Part shown: positions 51,746 to 62,044 of the stretch, piece after piece
Layout: each line of letters begins with the position of its first letter
How positions within the stretch are numbered: position 1 is the first letter of the stretch
Source of the DNA: an uncultured Candidatus Rokubacteria bacterium
GTDB lineage: Bacteria > Methylomirabilota > Methylomirabilia > Rokubacteriales > CSP1-6
NCBI GenBank assembly: GCA_963762145.1
Contig: CAVXJS010000011.1
Span: 832,001-896,000 of the forward strand
DNA: 64,000 bases
Direction of reading: 5' to 3'
The notes under the pieces: model-generated
What the model was told of the DNA's origin: nothing
What the model saw: only the letters and a program-made list of their open reading frames with translations
The model's database searches: none
Program-made: the position numbers and the translations under genes

Positions 51746-52353
51746 ATCGGAGGCGCGCGCTGGCCGTGGTCGTGGTGTGGTCGGCGGTGACGCTGGCGAC
51801 GGCCGCGTGGGCCCAGCCGGTGCCCCCACGGCCGCGGCCGGCCCGCCCGGCCGCCGCGGCCCAGCCGCCCGCCCCGCGGCCGGACGGCTCGGGCCCGAGC
51901 CCGGAAGGTCGCAACGCCCCGGTCACGGTGGACGCCGACCAGCTCGAGAACCTGCAGAAGGAAGGTCTCGTGGTCTTCAGCGGCAACGTGGTGGCCAACC
52001 AGAACAGCTCGACGCAGTACGCGGACCGCATGGAGGTCTACCTCGACGACAAGGGAAACCGGATCGTCCGGGCCATCTCCACCGGCAACGTGCGGATCAT
52101 CACCAAGGACTGCCGCACCGGCACCGCGAAGCGCGCCGAGTACTACGACGCCGAGCAGCGGGTGGTCCTCATCGGCAACGCCCGGGTGTGGCGCGACGAC
52201 AACGTGGTGACCGGCGAGCGGATCACGATCTACCTCGCGGAGGACCGCAGCGTCGTGGAGGGCGGGCAGCAGGAGCGCGTGAAGGCGGTCTTCTACCCCA
52301 AGGGCCAGGACGAGACGCCTCGCGCGAAGCCGGCGGCGGGCCAATGCTCATGA
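51742..52353 (+). CDS. lptA: LPS transport periplasmic protein LptA
   Basis: Signal peptide; [16 protein letters not shown] and VTGERITI. Confidence 0.9.
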   Translation: MNRRRALAVVVVWSAVTLATAAWAQPVPPRPRPARPAAAAQPPAPRPDGSGPSPEGRNAPVTVDADQLENLQKEGLVVFSGNVVANQNSSTQYADRMEVYLDDKGNRIVRAISTGNVRIITKDCRTGTAKRAEYYDAEQRVVLIGNARVWRDDNVVTGERITIYLAEDRSVVEGGQQERVKAVFYPKGQDETPRAKPAAGQCS

Positions 52354-52360
52354 GGCGTTC

Positions 52361-53083
52361 GTGGAAGGTCTGATCGCCCAGGGGTTGCGCAAGCGGTTTC
52401 GGAGCCGCGTGGTGGTGAACCGCGTGAGCCTCGACATCCACCCGGGGGAAGTGGTCGGCCTCCTCGGGCCCAACGGCGCGGGCAAGACCACCTCGTTCTA
52501 CATGATCGTGGGCCTCCTGCGCCCCGACGGCGGGCGCATCTTCCTGGAGGGCCAGGACGTGACCGAGCTGCCGATGTACAAGCGCTGCCGCCTCGGCATG
52601 GGCTACCTGCCGCAGGAGTCCTCGGTGTTCCGCAAGCTCACCGTCGAGGAGAACCTGCTCGCGATCCTGGAGACGCTCGACCTCTCGCATCAGGAGCGGA
52701 CGACGCGGCTCGGGGAGCTGCTCGCCGAGCTCGACCTGACCCGGCTCGCCCAGCACAAGGCCTACACCCTGTCGGGCGGTGAGCGGCGGAGGCTCGAGAT
52801 CACGCGGGCGCTCGTGACCAGCCCCCGCTACCTCCTGCTCGACGAGCCCTTCACCGGCATCGATCCGATCGCGATCGGGGACATCCAGGAGATCGTGGCC
52901 CGGCTGAAGGAGCGCGGCATCGGCGTGCTGATCACCGACCACAACGTCCGGGAGACGCTCGCCATCACCGACCGCGCCTACATCCTCTACGACGGGCGGA
53001 TCCTCGCCTCCGGCACCGCCACCGAGCTGGCCAACAACTCCAAGGCCCGAGAGATCTATCTGGGCGAGAAGTTCTCCCTATGA
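52361..53083 (+). CDS. lptB: LPS export ABC ATPase LptB
   Basis: [27 protein letters not shown] and TDHNVRETL. Confidence 0.96.
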   Translation: MEGLIAQGLRKRFRSRVVVNRVSLDIHPGEVVGLLGPNGAGKTTSFYMIVGLLRPDGGRIFLEGQDVTELPMYKRCRLGMGYLPQESSVFRKLTVEENLLAILETLDLSHQERTTRLGELLAELDLTRLAQHKAYTLSGGERRRLEITRALVTSPRYLLLDEPFTGIDPIAIGDIQEIVARLKERGIGVLITDHNVRETLAITDRAYILYDGRILASGTATELANNSKAREIYLGEKFSL

Positions 53084-54552
53084 AACTGCAGCAGCGAATG
53101 AGCCAGCGGGTCGTCATGACCCCCCTGCTCCAGCAGGCGATCCAGCTCCTGCAGCTCTCCACCCTCGAGCTGGAGCAGGTGGTGCGCAAGGAGCTGGAGG
53201 AGAACCCGCTTCTCGAGGAGATGCCGGTCGAGAACGCGGAGAACCAGGAGAGCCCGGACGGCTCCGCCACGAGCGCGACCTCGGAGGCCGCGCCGACCCC
53301 GGAGACGACGTCGGCGCTCGAGCCCCCCTCGAAGGAGACGTCCTCGGTCGACAGCGAGAAGGCCGACGACCTGCCCTTCGACCTGTCCTCCGCGGTCTTC
53401 GACGACCACGGCGACGAGCGGACCCCGGTGTCGATGGAGGAGCGGGACGAGCTGCCCTTCGAGAATCTCGGCCGCAGCGACGCGTCGCTGGGCGAGCACC
53501 TCATGGAGCAGCTCCGCCTCGGCACCGACGACCCGGACGTCCTGCGCATCGGCGAGGCCATCATCGGCAACCTGGACGAGGACGGCTATCTCCGGGCCGA
53601 CGTGGGCGAGATCGCGGCGGGCATGGGGGCGAGCCCCGACGCGGTGGAGGCCGCGCTGAAGCTCATCCACGCCTTCGACCCGCCGGGCGTCGCGGCGCGG
53701 AGCGTGCAGGAGTGCCTGCTGCTCCAGCTCACCGCGGACGCGGAGCCCGATCCGGTCTCGGTGGAGATCGTGGAGCGTCACTTCGAGGACCTGGAGCGGC
53801 GACGCTACGCGGAGATCGCGCGGGCCCTGAAGCTGCCGCTGGAGCGGGTCATGGAGTCGATCGAGGAGATCCAGAGCCTCGAGCCCAAGCCGGGCCGGCG
53901 CTTCTCGATCAACGACTCGCGCTACGTGGTGCCGGACGTCACCATCCAGAAGGTGGGCGACGACTACGTGGTGATCCTGAACGAGGAGGGCATCCCGCGC
54001 CTGCGGGTCAACTCGCTCTACCGCTCGCTGCTGCGCCGGTCGGGCGACGAGGCCAAGCAATATGTCGAGCAGAAGCTGCGCAGCGCGGTGTGGCTCATCA
54101 AGAGCGTGGAGCAACGGCAGCGCACGCTGCGAAAAGTGGCCCAGAGCCTGGTGAACTTCCAGCGCGACTTCCTCGACAAGGGTCTCACCCACCTGCGCCC
54201 GCTCGCCCTGCGCGACGTGGGCGACGACATCAGCATGCACGAGTCCACCATCAGCCGGGTGACGACCAACAAGTACGTGCAGACGCCGCAGGGCCTCTTC
54301 GAGCTCAAGTTCTTCTTCCACAGCGGCATCGCCTCCGATAACGGCTCGATGGTCTCCTCGGTGTCGGTCAAGAAGACGATCCGCGACATGGTGGCGGGCG
54401 AGGACGGGGGGAAGCCCCTCTCCGACCAGGAAATCGCCCAGTCCCTCCAGGGGCAGGGCCTCACCATCGCGCGCCGCACGGTGGCCAAGTACCGCGAGGA
54501 GCTCGGCATCATGCCCTCGCATCAGCGGCGGGCCTCGTCCAAGAAGCGCTGA
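53080..54552 (+). CDS. rpoN: RNA polymerase sigma-54 factor
   Basis: [21 protein letters not shown] and RpoN box [10 protein letters not shown]. Confidence 0.97.
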   Translation: MKLQQRMSQRVVMTPLLQQAIQLLQLSTLELEQVVRKELEENPLLEEMPVENAENQESPDGSATSATSEAAPTPETTSALEPPSKETSSVDSEKADDLPFDLSSAVFDDHGDERTPVSMEERDELPFENLGRSDASLGEHLMEQLRLGTDDPDVLRIGEAIIGNLDEDGYLRADVGEIAAGMGASPDAVEAALKLIHAFDPPGVAARSVQECLLLQLTADAEPDPVSVEIVERHFEDLERRRYAEIARALKLPLERVMESIEEIQSLEPKPGRRFSINDSRYVVPDVTIQKVGDDYVVILNEEGIPRLRVNSLYRSLLRRSGDEAKQYVEQKLRSAVWLIKSVEQRQRTLRKVAQSLVNFQRDFLDKGLTHLRPLALRDVGDDISMHESTISRVTTNKYVQTPQGLFELKFFFHSGIASDNGSMVSSVSVKKTIRDMVAGEDGGKPLSDQEIAQSLQGQGLTIARRTVAKYREELGIMPSHQRRASSKKR

Positions 54553-54563
54553 GGCCCCGGCCG

Positions 54564-54869
54564 ATGCAGGTGATCATCAGTACCCGCGGGATGACCGTCT
54601 CTCGGACCTACAAGGACGAGCTCACGCGGAAGCTCGCCAAGCTCGAGCCGCTGCTGCCCGCCCTCGTCGAGACGCGCGCGGTCCTCTCGAAGGAGAAGCA
54701 CCGCCGCACCGCGGCCCTGACCCTGGTCGCACGGCGCCGGGCCTTCCGGAGCCGGGAGACCGCCCCCGACCTCGAGGCGGCGGTCGACCGGGCCGTCCAC
54801 GCGCTGCGCCGCCAGGTGCGCGAGACGAAGGCGCGGCGGCCGCGGCGCCCCGCCCTCCGGCCATCGTGA
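54564..54869 (+). CDS. hpf: Short ribosome hibernation factor (HPF/RaiA-like), divergent
   Basis: MQVIISTRGMTVS..DLEAAVDRAVHALRRQV; lies directly after rpoN. Confidence 0.75.
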   Translation: MQVIISTRGMTVSRTYKDELTRKLAKLEPLLPALVETRAVLSKEKHRRTAALTLVARRRAFRSRETAPDLEAAVDRAVHALRRQVRETKARRPRRPALRPS

Positions 54870-55750
54870 CCGAGCCGACCGCCGCCGAGCCGATCCGCTT
54901 CGTCATCATCACCGGGCTCTCCGGGGCGGGGAAGAGCTACGCGATCAAGTGCCTGGAGGACCTGAACTACTTCTGCGTGGACAACCTGCCGACCACGCTG
55001 ATTCCCACCTTCGCGGAGCTCTGCGCCCAGTCGAGCCGTGGGATCTCGGCCATCGCCCTCGGCGTGGACGTGCGGGAGGGCGAGTATCTCGCCAGCATGG
55101 TGGGCACCCTCGAGGAGCTGCGGGCGCGGGGCCACCAGGTCGACGTCCTCTTCCTGGAGGCGTCGGACGAGTCGCTGGTGCGGCGCTACCACGAGACCCG
55201 GCGCCGACACCCGCTCGCGGGCGAGGGCAACGTACTCGACGGCATCCGGGCCGAGCGGAAGGCCCTGGCCCATCTCCGGGAGATCGCCGATCGCATCATC
55301 GACACGACCGCCCTGACCGTGCACCAGCTGAAGGACCAGATGATCCAGTCCTACGGCCCGCGGACGGCCCGGGGCGGGCTCACGGTGGCGCTGGTCTCGT
55401 TCGGCTTCAAGCACGGGGTGCCCTACGACGGCGATCTCGTCTTCGACGTTCGGTTCCTTCCCAACCCCCACTTCGTCGAGAAGCTGCGGCCCCTCGACGG
55501 GCGCGACCGCGCGGTCGAGGAGTTCGTGCTGTCGTTCGCGGAGAGCCGGGAGCTGCTCTCGCGGCTGGAGGGGTTGCTCAAGTTCCTCCTGCCGCTCTAC
55601 GAGCGTGAAGGGAAGGCCTACCTCACAGTGGCGGTGGGCTGCACGGGCGGGCGGCATCGTTCGGTGATGATCGTGGAAGCCCTCCGCTCATTCCTGACCG
55701 GTCTCGGCCTGAGTCCGATCGTCAGGCACCGGGACCTGGATCGTGAGTGA
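54866..55750 (+). CDS. rapZ: RNase adapter RapZ (P-loop protein)
   Basis: TGLSGAGKS, VDNLP, SFGFKHG, DVRFLPNP and GCTGGRHRSV. Confidence 0.95.
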   Translation: MTEPTAAEPIRFVIITGLSGAGKSYAIKCLEDLNYFCVDNLPTTLIPTFAELCAQSSRGISAIALGVDVREGEYLASMVGTLEELRARGHQVDVLFLEASDESLVRRYHETRRRHPLAGEGNVLDGIRAERKALAHLREIADRIIDTTALTVHQLKDQMIQSYGPRTARGGLTVALVSFGFKHGVPYDGDLVFDVRFLPNPHFVEKLRPLDGRDRAVEEFVLSFAESRELLSRLEGLLKFLLPLYEREGKAYLTVAVGCTGGRHRSVMIVEALRSFLTGLGLSPIVRHRDLDRE

Positions 55751-57854
55751 CGCTCCGCTCCACTTCCTCTTCGGCATCCACAATCACCAGCCCGTCGGAA
55801 ACTTCGACGGCGTCGTCGACGACGCGATCCGCCGCGCCTACCACCCGTTCCTGCAAGCCATCGCGGAGGGCGGCGCCGGCCTCTCGCTGACCGTCCACTT
55901 CTCCGGAGGCCTGCTCGCCACCCTCAAGGAGCGCGCGCGGCCCACCTTCGACCTGCTGGGGCGCCTCGCGGCCGACGGGCAGGTGGAGCTGCTGACCGGT
56001 GGCTTCTACGAGCCGATCCTCGCCCTGCTGCCGGACTGGGACAAGCTCGGGCAGATCCAGGCCCTGAGCCAGTTCATCAAGACGAGCTTCGGAGTGACCG
56101 CGCGCGGCATGTGGCTGGCCGAGCGCATCTGGGAGCCGCAGCTCCCGCGCGTCCTGCGCGAGGCCGGGGTGGAGTTCGTCCTGGTCGACGACTCGCACTT
56201 CGCCCTCGCCGGCCTCGACCCGGAGACCCTCGGAGGTTACTACCTCACCGAGGAGCAGGGGGCCTCGGTCGCGGTGTTCCCCATCAACCAGCGGCTGCGC
56301 TACCTCGTGCCCTTCGCGGACCCGGGGGAGAGCGTCGCGTACCTGCAGACCCGCCGCGGGGCCGGCGCGGTGACGATGGTGGACGACGGCGAGAAGTTCG
56401 GAGTCTGGCCCGGCACCGAGCGGCTGGTGTACGGGGAGCGCTGGCTCGCCCGCTTCCTGGATGCGCTGCGCGCCGCTCCGTGGCTGCGCGTCTCCACGTT
56501 CTCGCGGTTCCTCGACACCGAGCCTCCGGCCGGCCGCGTCTACCTGCCGACCGCCGCGTACACCGAGATGGGCGAGTGGGCCCTGCCGCACGCCGCCGCG
56601 GCGGAGCTGCACGACGCGCGCGCCCGGCTGGCCGCGCTCCCCGACGGCGAGCGCCTCTCGCGCCTCCTGCGCGGCGGCTTCTTCCGGAATTTCCTGGTCA
56701 AGTACCCGGAGATCGGAGACGCCTACTGGAAGATGACTCGCCTCTCGCGGCGCGTGCACGAGGGCCTCACCGCGCGCCCGCGCGATCCGCGGCTCCTCGA
56801 GGCCCGCGAGCGGCTCTGGCAGGGCCAGGCCAACGACGCGTACTGGCACGGTGTGTTCGGCGGCTGCTATCTTCCGCACCTCCGCCGCGCGGTGAAGTCG
56901 GCCCTGATCGCCTGCGAGCGCCGGCTCGAGGGCCCCGGCAAGCCGCTGGGACTCGACTGCGTGCGGGCCGACGTCGACGGCGACGGGGTGGCCGAGGTTG
57001 TGGTGCGCACGCGGTCGCTCGGGCTGACCCTGCACCCGGCCCGCGGGGGGTCGCTCACCGAGCTGCTCTGGCTCGGCGGGGAGATGGACACCGCGGACGT
57101 GCTCACCCGGCGTCCGGAGCCCTATCACCGACAGGTCGCGGAGCGGCCGACGGACGCCGGCGCGGACGAGGTGAGGACGATCCACTCGGCGCCCGCGGTC
57201 AAGGAGGCGGGGCTGACCGCGCTGCTCCGCTACGATCGCTTCCGCCGCGCCTCGCTCCTCGACGGGCTGTTCCCGCCGGAGGGCGAGCTCGATCCGCTCG
57301 ACCCGTGGGATGCGGCGCGGCTCGTGATTGGCGAGCGGCCCCTCGATCACGAGGTGAAGACGTCGCCGCGCGAGGTGGCGCTGCACTGCTCGCTGCAGCG
57401 TCCCGACGGCGTGCCGATCGCGATGCAGAAGTCGGTGGTGGCGCTCGCCGACGACGCCGCGGTGACCGTGGCCTATCGCCTCCGGTGGGAAGGGGAGGAG
57501 ACGCTGGTGGCGCGGTGGGCGGTGCAGTGGAACCTCACGCTCAGCGCGGGCGACGCGCCCGGCCGCTACTACCGCGTGGCGGGACGCCCGTCGCTCGGCA
57601 GCCGCGGGTTCCTTCCGGCCGTGCACGGCCTCGCCATGGTCGACGAGTGGCTCGGGTGCGAGCTCGCGCTCCGATGGGCGAGCCCGGCCGACATCTCGTG
57701 GGCCCCGGTGGAGACGGTGTCGCTGTCCGAGACTGGCTTCGAGCGCATCTACCAGGGCTCCGCGCTGCTCTTCGCGTGGCCGCTCCGGCTCCAGCCCGGG
57801 CAGGCCTGGGAGACGTCGCTGCGCGTGGCGATCGGCGAAACCGTTACCCCTTGA
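55743..57854 (+). CDS. GH57 alpha-amylase/4-alpha-glucanotransferase
   Basis: [43 protein letters not shown] and GFERIYQG. Confidence 0.92.
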   Translation: MSDAPLHFLFGIHNHQPVGNFDGVVDDAIRRAYHPFLQAIAEGGAGLSLTVHFSGGLLATLKERARPTFDLLGRLAADGQVELLTGGFYEPILALLPDWDKLGQIQALSQFIKTSFGVTARGMWLAERIWEPQLPRVLREAGVEFVLVDDSHFALAGLDPETLGGYYLTEEQGASVAVFPINQRLRYLVPFADPGESVAYLQTRRGAGAVTMVDDGEKFGVWPGTERLVYGERWLARFLDALRAAPWLRVSTFSRFLDTEPPAGRVYLPTAAYTEMGEWALPHAAAAELHDARARLAALPDGERLSRLLRGGFFRNFLVKYPEIGDAYWKMTRLSRRVHEGLTARPRDPRLLEARERLWQGQANDAYWHGVFGGCYLPHLRRAVKSALIACERRLEGPGKPLGLDCVRADVDGDGVAEVVVRTRSLGLTLHPARGGSLTELLWLGGEMDTADVLTRRPEPYHRQVAERPTDAGADEVRTIHSAPAVKEAGLTALLRYDRFRRASLLDGLFPPEGELDPLDPWDAARLVIGERPLDHEVKTSPREVALHCSLQRPDGVPIAMQKSVVALADDAAVTVAYRLRWEGEETLVARWAVQWNLTLSAGDAPGRYYRVAGRPSLGSRGFLPAVHGLAMVDEWLGCELALRWASPADISWAPVETVSLSETGFERIYQGSALLFAWPLRLQPGQAWETSLRVAIGETVTP

Positions 57855-57927
57855 GAGGCGACCGCCGGGCGTGATAGTGTCACGTACCCGCGGTCGATCG
57901 AGTCGAGAGCACAGGAGGGCAGGACGG

Positions 57928-59080
<1,153 letters not shown>

Positions 59081-59175
59081 CGCCGGACCCGTCGGGAACA
59101 CGCGGCTGAGCCCAGGTTCGACGATGTCCGTCTCGAAGCGCCCGCTCGCTGGGCAGGGGAGCTAGGGGAGTTCCC

Positions 59176-61932
59176 GTGGCCCAGTCGCCCCCGGGCGCTC
59201 GCGTCACGCCCTTGCGGCGGCCCCGGCTGGGGCTGTGGCTCCTGCTGGGCTTCATCCTGCTCAGCCTCGTCGGCCAGGCGGTTCCGCTGTACACCGACTG
59301 GCTGTGGTTCCAGGAGGTGGGCTTCGCCACCGTCTTCACCACGCGCCTGCAGGTCTCGGGCTGGCTCTTCATCGGGCTCGCCGCCGTCGTCTTCATCTTC
59401 CTCTTCATCAACCTGTCGGTGGCCGCCCGGACCGCCCCCCCGGACGTCCTGTGGGAGCTCGAGGATCAGCTCGGGCTGCCCGGACGCGCGATCCTGGAGC
59501 CGCTCGTCCGGCGGTTGCTCCTGCCGGTCATCGCGGTCATCTCGTTCTTTTCGGGGGCCCGCGCGATCGGCTCGTGGTCCACCGTGCTCGAGTACGTCAA
59601 CCGGACCCCGTTCAACCAGGCGGATCCGCTGTTCGGCCGCGACCTCGGGTTCTACTTCTTCGAGCTGCCGTTCTGGCGGATCCTCTACACGTGGTCCACC
59701 GCGCTGGTGGCCGGGACGCTCGTCCTGGTGGCCGCGGTCTACGTGCTGCAGCGCAGCCTCGTGCTCACCGCGCGCGGGCCGCGCCTCGCCGCGGGAGCCC
59801 GGACGCACCTGCTGGGCCTCGCCGCCCTCCTGCTCGTGCTCCGCGGCGTCGGCTTCTGGCTCGACCGCTTCGACCTGCTCTACGCGCCCCGCGGCTTCGT
59901 GTTTGGCGCCTCCTACAGCGACGTGCACGCCTCCCTGCCGGTGCTGCAGTGGCTGGTCGTGCTTGCGGTGCTCTGTGCGGCAGCCTGCGTGTTCCAGATG
60001 TTCCGGCCGGGCTGGCGCTTCCTGGTGGCCGGACTCGTGGTGCTGGTGGTGCTCTGGGTCGCCGGCCTCGGGATCGCCCCCGCGCTGCTCCAGAGCTACC
60101 GGGTCAAGCCCAACGAGCTCGTGTACGAGCGGCCGTACATCGAGAACAACATCCGGATGACCCGGCAGGCGTATGCCCTCGATCGGGTGGCCGAGAAGGA
60201 TTTCGCGGCCGAGGACAACCTCACCCCCGCCGCGCTCGAGCGCAACAACCTCACGATCAAGAACATCCGCCTGTGGGACCACCGGCCGCTGCTCACCACT
60301 TACGGCAAGCTGCAGGAGATCCGGACCTACTACAAGTTCCGGGACGTGGACGTGGGCCGCTACACGCTGAACGGCGAGTATCGCCAGGTGACCCTGTCCG
60401 CCCGCGAGCTCTCCTACCGCGACCTGCCGAGCCGGGGCTGGATCAACGAGCACCTGACCTACACCCACGGCTACGGGCTGGTGGCGGGGCCGGTCAACCG
60501 GATCAGCCCGGAGGGGCTGCCCGAGTTCTTCCTCAAGGACATTCCGCCCGCGGTGACGGGCGGCATGCCGAAGATCACGCGGCCCGAGATCTACTACGGT
60601 GAGATCGGTAACGAGTACGTGTTCGTGCGCACGCGCTCGCAGGAGCTGGACTACCCCTCGGGGGACCAGAACGTCTACACGCGCTACGAGGGACGGGGCG
60701 GCATCCCGGTCAACACGCTCGTCCGCAAGGCGGCCTTCGCGGCGCGCTTCGGCGCCCTCAACGTGCTGCTGTCGAACGACCTCACGCCCGAGAGCCGGGT
60801 GATGATCTACCGCGACATCGGGGCGCGGGTGCAGGAGGCGGCGCCGTTCCTGAAGTTCGACCGCGACCCGTACCTGGTCATCGCGGGCGACGGCCGCCTC
60901 GTGTGGATGGTCGACGGCTACACCACCAGCGATCGCTACCCCTACGCGACGCCGGTGCGGGGCTTCAATTACATCCGCAACTCGGTGAAGGCGACGGTGG
61001 ACGCCTTCCACGGCACCGTCAGCTACTACGTCGCCGATCCCGAGGATCCGATCATTCGAACCTACGCCAAGGCGTTCCCGGGGCTGCTCAAGCCCCTCGC
61101 CGACATGCCCAAGGACCTGCACGCGCACATCCGCTACCCGGAGGATCTCTTCTCGGTGCAGGCGCGGATGTTCGCCACCTATCACATGCAGGATCCGCAG
61201 GTCTTCTACAACAAGGAAGACCTCTGGGTCATCCCGCGGCTGCCCCAGGAGGGCCGGGACCGCGAGATGGAGCCGTACTTCATGATCATGCGGCTGCCCG
61301 GCGAGCCCAAGGAGGAGTTCGTGCTCCTCTCGGGCTTCAACCCGAGCGGCCGTGACAACATGATCGCGCTGCTGGTCGCCCGCATGGATCCGCCCCGCTA
61401 CGGCGGCCTCATCGCCTACCAGTTCCCGAAGCAGAAGCTCGTCTTCGGGCCCCGGAACATCCAGGCGCGGATCAACCAGGACCCGGTCATCTCCCAGCAG
61501 ATCGCGCTCTGGAACCAGCAGGGCTCGCGGGTGATCACCGGGAGCCTGCTCGCCATCCCCATCGACCAGTCGCTGATCTACGTGCAGCCGCTGTACCTGG
61601 CCGCCGCCGAGCAGGGCGCCCTGCCGGAGCTGCGCCGCGTGGTGGTGGCCTACGGCAACCAGATCGCGATGGAGCCAACCCTCGAGGCGTCGCTCGCGCG
61701 AGTCTTCGGCGCGCGCGTGCGCGGCGACGAGCCGGCCGGTCGCCCGGCTCCCGAGCGTCCCGGCGCCACTCCGGGCGCCCCGGCCACCGCGGCCATCGTC
61801 GAGGGCGTGCAGCGCGCCTGGGAGGCCTGGCAGCGCGGGCAGGAGGCGCTGCGCAAGGGCGACTGGGCCACCTACGGTCAGGAGCAGAAGCGGGTCGAGG
61901 AAGCCCTCCGCACCCTCCGCGAGACGCGCTAG
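59176..61932 (+). CDS. UPF0182 family membrane protein
   Basis: YTDWLWFQEVG, DPLFGRDLGFYFF, NIRLWD, YTHGYG and NYIRNSVKA. Confidence 0.94.
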   Translation: MAQSPPGARVTPLRRPRLGLWLLLGFILLSLVGQAVPLYTDWLWFQEVGFATVFTTRLQVSGWLFIGLAAVVFIFLFINLSVAARTAPPDVLWELEDQLGLPGRAILEPLVRRLLLPVIAVISFFSGARAIGSWSTVLEYVNRTPFNQADPLFGRDLGFYFFELPFWRILYTWSTALVAGTLVLVAAVYVLQRSLVLTARGPRLAAGARTHLLGLAALLLVLRGVGFWLDRFDLLYAPRGFVFGASYSDVHASLPVLQWLVVLAVLCAAACVFQMFRPGWRFLVAGLVVLVVLWVAGLGIAPALLQSYRVKPNELVYERPYIENNIRMTRQAYALDRVAEKDFAAEDNLTPAALERNNLTIKNIRLWDHRPLLTTYGKLQEIRTYYKFRDVDVGRYTLNGEYRQVTLSARELSYRDLPSRGWINEHLTYTHGYGLVAGPVNRISPEGLPEFFLKDIPPAVTGGMPKITRPEIYYGEIGNEYVFVRTRSQELDYPSGDQNVYTRYEGRGGIPVNTLVRKAAFAARFGALNVLLSNDLTPESRVMIYRDIGARVQEAAPFLKFDRDPYLVIAGDGRLVWMVDGYTTSDRYPYATPVRGFNYIRNSVKATVDAFHGTVSYYVADPEDPIIRTYAKAFPGLLKPLADMPKDLHAHIRYPEDLFSVQARMFATYHMQDPQVFYNKEDLWVIPRLPQEGRDREMEPYFMIMRLPGEPKEEFVLLSGFNPSGRDNMIALLVARMDPPRYGGLIAYQFPKQKLVFGPRNIQARINQDPVISQQIALWNQQGSRVITGSLLAIPIDQSLIYVQPLYLAAAEQGALPELRRVVVAYGNQIAMEPTLEASLARVFGARVRGDEPAGRPAPERPGATPGAPATAAIVEGVQRAWEAWQRGQEALRKGDWATYGQEQKRVEEALRTLRETR

Positions 61933-61958
61933 CTCGTCAGCCTCGCGCCGCGAGGCCT

Positions 61959-62042
61959 GGGGTCAGGTCTTACATTCCGACATCTTGATCGCCCCGGCGG
62001 AGCTGCGCCTCGCGAAAATGTCGGAATGTAAGACCTGACCCC
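61959..62042. repeat. Perfect 25-bp inverted repeat (REP doublet or MITE-like)
   Basis: GGGGTCAGGTCTTACATTCCGACAT, 34-nt spacer, ATGTCGGAATGTAAGACCTGACCCC, between convergent genes. Confidence 0.9.
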
Positions 62043-62044
62043 TG

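Noticed and set aside
57855-57927. SAM riboswitch before metK
   Set aside because: The leader is short and shows no SAM-I/II core motifs.
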